Shown piece by piece: positions 1-10,399 of a stretch of DNA of 64,000 bases; position 1 is the stretch's first letter, and the number at the start of each line of letters is the position of its first letter. Location of the stretch: contig NC_043016.1 of assembly GCF_006345805.1 (NCBI RefSeq), forward strand, positions 16,802,001 to 16,866,000, read 5' to 3'. This stretch comes from Octopus sinensis (taxonomy: Eukaryota). Position numbers and translations under genes: made by a program. Below the pieces are notes generated by a model. The model searched no databases. It was not told the origin of the DNA and saw nothing but the letters and a program-made list of their open reading frames with translations.

Positions 1-284
1 TCACGTAAATGTAAATTTAATACACAGATTTGTAATTAAATTATTGAGTATTAATTGAAGCGAAGATGACTAATTTGTTGTTAAAAATAAACAATTATTA
101 ACTTCCTTATCTCCATTTTCTTTTCTCCTTTTAAATGGACATAAACTATATGCTTAAGATTGTTTTAAGGGAATTTCATTCCCCAACATTACTAGATATT
201 GAACCAGTATTTTCTTGGATGCAATCATCCCTTCTCAAGATTAACATATCCTCTAATTATAAATAAACACACACACACATATAA

Positions 285-642
285 AGGTGCAGGTGTGACT
301 ATGCAGTACGAAGCTTACTTCCCAACCACATGGTTCTGGGTTCGGTGTCTTCTATAGCCTTGGGCTGACCAAAGTTGTGTGAGTGGATTTGGTGGATGGA
401 AACTTAAAGAAGCCTGCCATATATATACATATGTATACGTTTGTGTGGCTGTGTTTGTCCCTCCACCATCACTTGATAACTGATGTTAGTGTGTTTACGT
501 CTCCATAACTTAGCAGTTCGGCGTAAGAGATCGATAGAATAAGTACTAGGCATACAAAGAATAAGTCCTGGGGTCGATTTGCTCAACTAAAAGGTGGTGC
601 TCCAGCATGGCCGCAGTCAAATGACTGAAACGAGTAAGAGAG
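285..642 (+). mobile_element. tRNA-derived SINE, family A
   Basis: Head, body and tail (…GGTGCTCCAGCATGGCCGCAGTCAAATGACTGAAAC) recur across the window, e.g. 39476-39890 (-), 42785-43165 (-), 36600-36750, 37150-37370, 39975-40120, 48385-48540, 63880-64000. Confidence 0.8.
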
Positions 643-706
643 AGATATATATACATATACAACTATATATACTAAGATTTTATATATATTTACATACATA
701 TACAAA

Positions 707-2785
707 TCATCATCATCATAGTTTAACGTCCGTTCTCCATGCTAGCATGGGTTGGACAGTTCGACCGGGGATCTGGGAAGCCAGAAGGCTGCACCAGGCT
801 CCGGTCTTATCTGGCAATGTTTCTACAGCTGGATGCCCTTCCTAATGCCAAACACTCCATGAGTGTAGTGGGTGCTTTTTACGTGCCACCTGCACTGGTG
901 CCAGGCGAGGCTGGCATCGGCCACGGTCGGATTGCTGCATTTTACGTGCCACCTGCATGGAAGCCAGTCGAGGCGGCACTGGCAATCGGCCACGTTTCGG
1001 ATAGTGCTTTTTACGTACCACTAGTCCAGGGGTCCTGGCATCTGCCGGGTGCCAGTCATAGGATTGGTTCAATTTCGATTTCGATTTCACTTGCCCCAAC
1101 AGGTCTTCGCAAGCATGGGTGCCTGTCGTCAGATGAGGTTCAATATCGACTTCGCTTGCCTCAACAGGTCTTTGTGTCCAATGGAGGAAAGGCATTCATA
1201 AGTGGGCTGGGCTCACTTGTCCTGCCTGGTCTTCTCACGTACAGCATATTTCCAAAGGTCTCGGTCGCTGGTCATTTCCTCAATGAGGCCTAAAGTTCGA
1301 AGGTCGTGCTTCACCACCTCGTCCCAGGTTTTCCTGGGTCTACCTCTTCCACGGGTTCCCTCAACTGCTAGGGATTGGCACTTTTTCACACACCTATCTT
1401 CATCCATTCTCGCCACATGACCATACCAGCGCAATCGTCTTTCTTGCACACCACAACTGATGCTTCTTAGGTACATTTCTCTCAAGGTACTAACGCTCTG
1501 TCGATTATGTACACTGATATTACACATCCATCGGAGCATACTGGCTTCATTCCTCGCGAGCTTACGCATGTCCTCAGCAGTCACGGCCCATGTCTCACTG
1601 CCATGTAGCATGGCTGTTCGTACATATGCATCATACAGTCTGCCTTTTACTCTGAGCGAGAGGCCTTTAGTCACCAGCAGAGGTAAGAGCTCCCTAAACT
1701 TTGCCCAGGCTATTCTTACTCTAGCAGTTACACTTTCAACACACCCACCCCCACTATGACTTGGTCACCTAGATAACGGAAGCTATCAACTACTTCTAGT
1801 TTTTCCCCCTGGAAAGTGACGGAAGTTGTTTTCTGCAGATTTTCAGAGGTTAATACTCCCGAGCATCTGCCACATACAAAAACTATCTTCCCAGTTAGCC
1901 TTCCTATGACATTGCTGCACCTCTTATGTGTCCATAGCTTACACTGGGTACATCTTATAGAGTTTCTACCTACACCTTTTCTACAGATCGAGCAGGGCCA
2001 TCTTCCTGAGGATATTTGTGGATTGACTACCTTCCTACTTATTAGTACTTTGGTTTTAGCTAGGTTGACTCTAAGGCCCCTCGATTCTAAACCCTCCTTC
2101 CACACCTGGAACTTCTCCTCCAGTTCTGATAGTGACTCAGCAATTAGAGCAAGGTCGTCAGCATAGAGGAGCTCCCAGGGGCAACCTGTCTTGAATTCCT
2201 CCGTAATTGCCTGGAGGACTATGATAAATAGGAGGGGGCTGAGTACTAAACCCTGGTGGACCCCAACCTCTATTTTGAATTCTTCTGTGTACATGTTGCC
2301 AACCCTAACCTTACTTACGGCATCCCTGTACGTGGCTTGCACAGCCCTCACCAGCCATTCATCTATCCCTAGTTTCCTCCTTGACCACCAGATAAGGGAT
2401 CGGGGGAACCCTGTCAAAGGCTTTCTCCATGTCAACGAAAGCTAGGTACAGGGGCTTATCTTTGGCTAGGTATTTCTCCTGCAGCTGCCTTACCAGGAAT
2501 ATAGCATCTCATCTAAACTAACTCTCTCTCTAATTAGTTGGGCTATGACCCTCTCCGTAACCTTCATTACCTGATCCAACAGCTTGATACCTCTGTAATT
2601 ATTTGTATCTAGGGCATCAACTTTACCTTTGTAGCAGTTGACTATTATGCTGCTACACCAGTCATTGGGTATGACTCCTTCGTGTATCACCTGGTTAACT
2701 ATATGGGTGACTAGGTTATAGCCGACACTGCCAGATATTTTGAGCATCTCTGCAGTAATTCCTGATGGGACTGGGGCTTTCCCTG
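707..2785 (-). mobile_element. RTE-clade LINE, 5'-truncated (RT, C-terminus, 3' UTR with (TGA)n tail)
   Basis: GVHQG..LSPLLF, LLYADD, GLRVNLAKTK, RLRWYGHV and GRGRPRKTW motifs in frameshifted ORFs 1213-1674, 1728-2435 and 2490-2840; microsatellite tail at about 707. Confidence 0.92.
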
Positions 2786-3074
2786 TCTTCATACTAATAT
2801 ATATATATGCAAAATTAGAAAAGAACCCACCTTTTATCAATTCAAAATGAACAATTAAATTACACCATCTAGAAAATTAATATAATAGAAATATTAATGT
2901 CAATGATTAAGTAATAAAAACGTATATAATTTGTAGAATAACGACGTGTTTCGTGGCTATATTTAAGAAATTATTATAGTAGAGAAATCACCTCAATATA
3001 AATATAGTCACTCATCAGGTTAAAAATAAACTAGAACAATAAAATAATTAATTAATAAATATACTTTAATGTAT

Positions 3075-3116
<42 letters not shown>

Positions 3117-3332
3117 ATACTAAAGTGAAAACTAAAACAATACTTAAATTATTAAATACTTTAAAATTAAATAAAATACACAAAGCTAGTACAAGTCATT
3201 AAATTGTAATCAAAATAAGAATTGGTTCAAATATAGACTCCTTAAATAAGCTAACCATATAATCAATATACATGCGCAGTATCTATAGATTTAATATAAG
3301 AATCTATAACAAAGTTGACTAAATATCAAATA
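2786..3332. mobile_element. Penelope-like pseudo-LTR remnant inserted between two RTE segments
   Basis: AT-rich block carrying a complete hammerhead motif (2939-3022, minus) and an inverted junction centred on (TA)n at 3063-3126. Confidence 0.6.
2939..3022 (-). ncRNA. Type I hammerhead ribozyme motif, intact core
   Basis: Minus strand reads TAAC-CTGATGA-GTGACTATATTTA..TAAATATAGCCAC-GAAA-CAC-GTC^GTTA. Stem I is 4 bp, stem II is 13 bp with one mismatch, stem III is minimal, and the cleavage triplet is GUC. Confidence 0.78.
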
Positions 3333-4853
3333 CCAGGAATATAGCATCAGTGGTGCTTTTCCCTGGCACGAACCCAAACTGCATCTCATCTAACCTAACT
3401 CTCTCTCTAATTAGTTGGGCTATGACCCTCTCCGTAACCTTCATTACCTGATCCAACAGGTTGATACCTCTGTAATTATTTGTATCGAGGGCATCACCTT
3501 TACCTTTGTAGCAGTTGACTAGTCTGCTGCTACACCAGTCATTGGGTATGGCTCCTTCGTGTATCACCTGGTTAACTATACGGGTGACTAGGCTATAGCC
3601 AACACTGCCAGATATTTTGAGCATCTCTGCAGTAATTTCTGATGGGCCTGGGGCTTTCCCTGTCTTCATGCTTCTAATTGCCTTAGCTACCACGGAACTA
3701 TCAACTCGGATAGCTGGTCCCTCTGTTGGGTCAACATTCGGCAGACTCTCTTTATCCCATTCATTTTCTTTATTCAGCAACCTTTCATAGTGGCATCTCC
3801 AAACCTCTCTCTTTGCATCCTCATTTAGCGCAAGTGAACCATCATCCATGCGAACACACTTCTCTCCTACCACATCACGATTCTCTCTCATACACTGTCT
3901 TGCAACATGAAATACCTCAAGTCTTTGGTCCTCACGGCTCAGAACATTGGCAAATTTTTTCTTATCCGCTTCCCCTCTGGCTAAATAAACCTGTCTCCTA
4001 GCTTCCCTTCTGGCTGTCTGATACAATTCCCTGCTACCACCGTTCTTCCAGTCCTTCCAAGCCTGTCTCTTTTGTCTAATAGCCCTGTCAACCACAGTGT
4101 TCCACCACCATGTTACTCTGGGTCGAGATGGTACTTTGCTCCATCCACAGATCTGGTCAGTGGCTGTCAGCAGATTGTCCCGTAGGAATCTCCAGTTGTC
4201 TTCCACATTAAGTGAAGCTATATCCCCTTCTATTTCGTCAAAGGCTTCGAGTAGTATGTCTCTAAATCTCTGTCCATTTGCAGGATCTTCAAGCTTCCAG
4301 ACCCTTCTCCTCCAAGCTGGTCTTCTGGGCAACCATTTAGCTCTGATCCTGAAGTCGCTAACTACTAATCTATGTTGAGGAGTACATTCTTCGCCTGGAA
4401 AGGTTTTGGCATTTATAATCAGCCCTCTTTCCCTTTTTCTGGCAAGGATGTAGTCAATCTGGCTGGTGTGTCTGCCAGAACGGTAGGTGACTAGGTGAGA
4501 GGTGGGTTTCCTGAAGTTGGTATTGCAGACCATAAGGTAATTTGCATCGCAGAACTCCAGCAGCCTGGTTCCCTCCTCATTACGAGAGCCAAAACCATAG
4601 CCTCCATGGACGCCATGGAAGCCCCCGACATGTCGTCCAACATGTCCATTGAAATCACCTGCCACGAAGAGAAGGTCACTGTCATTTGTCAATGAGGTAG
4701 TCCGCAATAGGGTGTCATAAAATTGGTCTTTTTGTCCTTCCGGTAGCCCTGGTTGAGGGGCATATGCCGAGATGATGGTAGCTGTCCTATGGTGAAGCAC
4801 TGATCTAATTTTAATTACTCTGTCACTTACTCTGACTACCTCGATTACCTTAC
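3333..4853 (-). mobile_element. RTE-clade LINE segment (APE endonuclease, linker, RT start)
   Basis: ORF 3319-4968 contains ISAYAPQ, AGDFNGHVG, SQIDYIL, QHRLVV and KAPGP..NYRGI motifs. Confidence 0.92.
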
Positions 4854-4874
4854 CTATATATATACATATATATA

Positions 4875-4906
<32 letters not shown>

Positions 4907-4917
4907 CACACACACAT

Positions 4918-5164
4918 ATTATTTACATTTTGACGGACCTTTGTCCCCATCTTGTTTGTTGTTAACACAACCTTTCAGCTGATATACCCTCCACAGCCTT
5001 CTTCAGGTGTCTTGGGGAAATTTCGAACCTGGGCTCTCATTCCTAAGGTATTTTTCAATGTTGTTGTTGTTGTTATTATTATTATTAGTGTTCGGGTCAC
5101 TGCTTGGAATCGGTCTCGGAATCTTGGGGTTAGCAGCCCGCGCTCTTAACCATTACACCATATG
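4918..5164 (-). mobile_element. SINE family C (tRNA-like head plus hammerhead tail), left arm of palindrome
   Basis: Reverse complement of 5165-5395. Head CATATGGTGTAATGGTTAAGAGCGCGGGCTGCTAACCCC; tail GACAC-CTGAAGA-A-GGCTG..CAGCT-GAAA-GGTT-GTGTT at 4964-5011. Confidence 0.75.
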
Positions 5165-5422
5165 CATATGGCATAGTGGTTAAGAGCACGGGCTGCTAAC
5201 TTCAAGATTCCGAGACCGATTCCAAGCAGTGACCCGAACACTAATAATAATAATAACAACAACAACAACATTGAAAAATACCTTAGGAATGAGAACTCGG
5301 GTTCGAAATTTCCCCAAGACGGCTGGAGGGTATATCAGCCGAAACGTTGTGTTAACAATAAACAAGATGAGGACAAATATCCGTCAATTGTAAATAATTC
5401 CCCATCTCTTAAATATAGAACG
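5165..5422 (+). mobile_element. SINE family C, right arm of palindrome
   Basis: A-box-like TGGCATAGTGG, tRNA-Ser(GCT)-like loop CTGCTAA, (TAA)n(CAA)n linker, and tail GGCTG..CAGCC-GAAACGTT-GTGTT with a 10-nt deletion of the CTGAAGA segment. A head-only copy with B-box GTTCGATTC lies at about 13138-13203. Confidence 0.75.
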
Positions 5423-6079
5423 ACTGTACGAAAGGAGATGGTGACGGATGAAGGTCTCCTTTTAAACACCGCACGGTCACCTTACAATAAAAAGCCAAAA
5501 GGAATACGACACAACCGTTAGAATGTTTAAGAAAAAGGTGTTGACATGTGGGTAGCCGAGTGTCTGTACGTTATAAGTACATACATAATAAGAACAATAG
5601 TTATGGACAATAGACAGGTCGTCATTCATACAATAATGTGTATATGTGTTAGCGAAGTATGTCTGTGTGTTCGTGAGTGCGACATAAGTACAAACAAGGT
5701 GTACGCGTGTTAGATAAAATGCAGAGCATAGAAATGAGTCTATCAGTACGCTAGAGATAGATCAGACACAAGATGAAGATAAATACCAGTCCGTAGTAAG
5801 AAACGCAATGGTAATAGTTCTGTAACAAAGAGGTTGGTGGTCACAAGGCTGATGCCGGTTGAACACATGTCGTGTAGCGGTTGTGGCCTCAATGCTGTGC
5901 CTTGTTACGTGAAGAAAACCTGGGCGATGTTGCTGCGTACGTATTGATGTTGACGGTGGACAAAGGTCCTGAAATGCTGGTGGTGGTTTTGGTATCGTGG
6001 TCGTTCTGAACCCGAAACCATGTGGTTGGTAAGCAAGCTACTTACCACACACAATACATACATATATATATATATATAA

Positions 6080-7871
6080 TGTTCCGCTATCTAAACTTAT
6101 AAAAATGGTTAAAATAAAAGAATTGTCAAATGATATGCGACAGAAGATCATAAAGATGGTAAGCGGTATCGAAAAATTGCTCAAGATTTTAATTTGCTTG
6201 TGTGTACAGTTGGTGTTGTTCGAAAGTCGAAAAAATATGATATTACTGAAGATATTCAAAGGTGTGGTCCTCTGCGTAAATTAAACGAGGCTACTGAATG
6301 ATAATATGGCCCGGAATGTGAAGAAACAACCATTTTTGACTCGAAGAGAAATTCAGAACGATCTGAAAAATGCCGGAATTGAAGTAAGTAAAGATACAAT
6401 TAAGAAATCACTGGGGAAGACTTCCTCCCTCCATTTTCTCCCAAATTTGTTTATTTTTAAAATTTTCTTTTGCCAAATATCCCCGTTTTCGGATACAGAG
6501 GTTCCGGGAAATTGCCAAAAATCAGCATTGTGAAATCCCCCAACCAACTTCTTCAATTTTTACTTTTTTCCCCAACATTAACCCTAAAACCCTAATTTTA
6601 ACCCTTAAACCGTAACCGTAAGTACAGAAATGCTTTGAAATTTTTGTCCGAATCATAATGTCCGTATTTTTCCGCGTGGTTAGGAAAAAAAGAATTCTTA
6701 AAAAAAAAAATTTTACAAAATTTTTGTAAATTTTTTTCAGAATCATAATCTCCGCATTTTCCTGCCTATTTTGGAAAAAAAAAAAAAGATTCTGAAAAAA
6801 GTTTAAAATTAAGGAAATGGGGGTAGGAGTGATAATTTAGAAATGTCGATTTTTGCCAATTTTTTTTGCAGATTCGTATTCCCCGTAGTCGAAAAGGTGG
6901 GAGGGGTCGAAAAAATGTTTTTAAGGGTGGTTTTGGGGGTGGGGACGGGCGGAAGTCTTGCCAATCACAGAATCATACAGGTCTGTATTCTGCATCACCA
7001 AGAAAGACTCCACTATTAAAACGTAAACATGTGCAAGACCTTTTGAAATTTGTTAAAAAGTATGAACAGGAATCAGATGAATTCTGGAAGAAAGTTATTT
7101 GGTCAGATGAAACGAAAATTGAGCTTTTCGGGAGAAAGATGTGCATCCAAGTATGAAGAAGAAAAGGAACTGAATATAAACCCAGTAAACACTATTCCAA
7201 CAGTCAAATATGAGGGTGGATGGAAGTGTAATGATTTGGAGTTGCTTGTCTTATAATGGAGTTGGAGAAATGGAAGTCATCGAAGGAAGAATGAATGCAG
7301 CAAAATACATGCAAATCTTATCAACCCATCTATTAAAAAGTGCAACAGCTTTGGGGCTTGACCGAGATTTTGTATTCCAGCGGGTCAACGATCCAAAGCA
7401 CAGGGCTAAAACAACATTGGCGCAATGAAAATGGAATTGATGTTCTGGAATGGCCTAGCCAGATCTCAATCCAATAGAAAATTTATGGAAAAAGTTGAAA
7501 TTGAGAGTACACGCAAGAGATCCCAAAAATATCAAGGAACTGAAGAAAATCTGTGAAAAAGAATGGGTGAAATTGTCAAAATCTTCATGCAAGAAGCTCA
7601 TTGAAAACTACAAAAAAACAACAACTAGAGGCTGTAAGGCAGAACAGGGAATGTGCTACAAAATATTAACAATCGCGTTAAATACTTTTGCACACAGTCA
7701 AATTCGAAAATTGGCAATAAAAGTACTTAAAAGCAATGTTTCTCAATTTTTCTCTGTTTTGTTAGACAATATTCATTAAAATATTTGAAAAATCATTCAA
7801 ATTGAACGATTTTTTTATTGTGAAATTTATGAAAAAAAAAACGATGTGTTAAATACTTTTGCTACACACGG
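6080..7871 (+). mobile_element. Tc1-family DNA transposon relic (DD34E-type), left end lost
   Basis: PRKTPLLK, VIWSDETKIELFG, FQRVNDPKH and PDLNPIENLW motifs in broken frames. The right end ..AAATACTTTTGCTACACACGG|TA has an inner direct copy at about 7678-7700. Confidence 0.88.
6414..6962. mobile_element. MITE with GG-terminal TIRs and 8-bp TSD, inserted in the Tc1 transposase
   Basis: TIRs GGGAAGACTTCC / GGAAGTCTTGCC; TSD AATCACTG (6406-6413) and AATCACAG (6963-6970). Removing it restores the transposase frame KKSQNHTGLY. Confidence 0.75.
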
Positions 7872-7916
7872 TATATATATCATATATGTATATAATGTAT
7901 ATATTATGTGTATATA

Positions 7917-8300
7917 ATATATCTATCTATATATATATATATATATAATTTAATATAAAATCCGTTCTGTCTGTCTGTGTGTACCTTCTAGGATCTCGGG
8001 CGTCCTCCATCTGATTGCGCTCAAATTTGATATGTAGATACCGACGGTATCAGGGCGTGTATAAGTCTTGAAAAAATTACAAAAATCGATTCCAGGTGAG
8101 AATGCGATCGATAAAGCCGGGGGAACGTGCATTTGTACGAGCAAATACATCAGCTGTTGCGATCGATACTACGCGTACGCGAGAAAAATGCACGTGCAGA
8201 TGACGCAGAAAAAGCCTGCCGACTTGAAATAATGTCACAAAATGCATTATTATTGTGGGCAATAAAGAAATAACGCAATGCAGTATATTTAAGAGACCAA
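7917..8300 (+). mobile_element. Possible non-autonomous Helitron-like 5' end
   Basis: TC-(TA)n-…TCTGTCTGTCTGTGTGT start resembling DINE/Lep1-like elements; a similar stretch lies at 33776-33960. No 3' CTRR end identified. Confidence 0.35.
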
Positions 8301-8547
8301 GAGAGTAAGATGCAAAAGAGATATTTTGTTCAAACTTGGCATGAAGGAAGGAAAGACTATTTGGTTTCTCAAGAAGTTGTTTTTTTTTGCCTTAAGTTTG
8401 TTTAACAAAACCCAAAATTTTATTGAAATAAAGGCATGCTTAATTATTTTTAATGAAAAGAAAATACTGATTGCTTTTTATTCAGCAGATGTGATTCAGC
8501 ACCGTCCATTGAACGGGGGGCGTTTTGCTCGTAGATATAATATATAC

Positions 8548-8578
<31 letters not shown>

Positions 8579-8595
8579 TATATATACACACACAT

Positions 8596-8664
<69 letters not shown>

Positions 8665-9499
8665 TATATATATATATAAATATAAGGCGGAGGTAAAGTA
8701 CATGCACGCCACCACTTTTCGGCGTAACAAAAACCCTAATCTTAACCCTAAATCCTACCCCCATCCCTAAACACTGAGTGTGCGTATTCTTTACCTTCGC
8801 TCTAATCTCCACAACGCTCTGCCAGAATTTAAAATCAGTCCACAGAGTCAGAGAGAGACAGACAAAGTGATAAGCGAGTGAAACATGGGAAAGGAAAGAA
8901 AGAGACAGAGTGAAGAAAAGAGAAATAAGAATAAGACAGAAACAGGAGAGAAGGACATACAAAGAGGGAATGAGAGAGAGAGAGAGTTACTTCTCTCTCT
9001 CTCTCTCGCCTGTGTCTGTGTTTCTCCTCTTTATCTAAAGCAGGGCAAAGCACAAGTGTCCGTCTATCTAATTCCGCACCGTTTATATATTTGTTTCTTT
9101 CTGTAGGAAAGTCATGTTTAAATAATTCAAAATGTATTGCTGCCGTATTGTTATTACTGGATACAAATTTTGTTTAACTTCGCTTTACACAAAATGTAAC
9201 AAAAACGCTATTAAGATTGTAGAGCAAACCGAAGCTGAGAAATCATAAAGTATCTCCACGTTGCTTGGAGGAAATATGAGATGTAAACCAGTATAAAATA
9301 CATGGGCAATGTGGGTTTGATTCCTGATCATGGCGGACCAGGTTCTTCTTAAATCCAGGCATAAAAACAAACGGTCCAAGAATTAGTTTGTGTGCGTGCG
9401 TATATGTACGTTTGTGTAAATATACATAGGTATATATATATATATATGTGTGTGTGTGTTTATATAATATATACATAATACATATGTATTATGTAGTTG

Positions 9500-10350
9500 A
9501 AAATCAAAAGAAGACAGGTGTATGCACAATAGGCAGGTGTATTAGTTTGACGCTCAGGAAAGTGAAAAAGTCTTTCGTGTTTCGAGCCCACGCTCTTCGT
9601 CAGAAAAGAACAGGAGAAAATAAACAGAGAGGGAATAAAATGATGAAGAGAGAGGTGGGTAGGAGTGAAGAGAGGAAGTAGGTGTGAGTTGAGAGGAGGG
9701 GAGTCAGATGAAGAGGGGAGTTGAGCCCATATGGTACAAAGGAGTGAAGAGAGAAGATTAATTCTTGTTCACGACGAAGGCGCGAGTCCGGATGGCCCCT
9801 GTGCAAAGACAATCCGAACTCAGACGGGTGTTGTAATGAATGACTGGTAGAGCGGGACTGGGGTGTTGTTGTCGAGTCTAATGTCTCGGAGGTGCTCTGC
9901 AAACCGGTCAGCGAAGTAACGTCTCGTTTGACTGATGTACAGAGAAGGACAGAAAGAGCAGGAGATACAGTAAGAGACGTTTCTAGACTTGCATGTAAAG
10001 AAGTTAGTAATATGATAGGCACGATGATGGGTGCCTGTGAGGATGGTGATGTTGGAGAGGTAGGGGCAAGTGCGACAGCGTACGTGGAAGCAGGGGAACG
10101 GGCCAGATTGGGAGATGGGGTTAGGGAAGAAACTGTGGACCAGAAGGTCACGTAGGTTGTTGGCTCGTTTGTAGGAGTGGAGGGGTGAAATGGGTAACGG
10201 CAGGGCAAGTGTGGGGAGAGAGAGCAGAGGCACGGTCCACGGAAGTGCTCTGGCAAGGACGGTGTGGATGTTGATAAGGAGATATCCACAGAGGATGAAG
10301 TGGCAAACCATGAGTTGAGACTGAGTCTCAGAGTCATGAATGTCACTGCA
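9500..10350 (-). mobile_element. Penelope-like element 3' part (GIY-YIG endonuclease, tail, degenerate hammerhead)
   Basis: ORF 9820-10311 contains CRTCPY..FTCKSRNVSYCISCSFCPSLYISQTRRYFADRFAEHLR, with C-terminus RREQELIFSLHSFVPYGLN. Hammerhead-like CTGACGA-A-GAGC-GTGG-GCTC-GAAA at 9571-9609. Confidence 0.88.
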
Positions 10351-10399
10351 GAGCCTGCGCAGACCGAGGAATTGGGAGTATATATATATATATATTATA

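Noticed and set aside
739-1293. 184-aa plus-strand ORF and similar QLDALPNANHS-containing ORFs throughout the window
   Set aside because: Antisense or sense read-through of the non-coding RTE 3' UTR; reading frames are not conserved between copies.
5165-5240. tRNA-Ser-like gene
   Set aside because: No acceptor stem or complete cloverleaf; it is a SINE head, not a tRNA gene.
5423-6010. Possible LTR/Gypsy remnant
   Set aside because: No TG..CA ends, primer-binding site or protein motif could be found; left unassigned.
6580-6625. Telomere-like AACCCT runs as an interstitial telomere
   Set aside because: Short, degenerate and internal to a MITE with a TSD.
9600-10346. 248-aa Ser/Thr/Pro-rich ORF
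   Set aside because: Alternative frame over the PLE GIY-YIG region; the real coding frame is 9820-10311.
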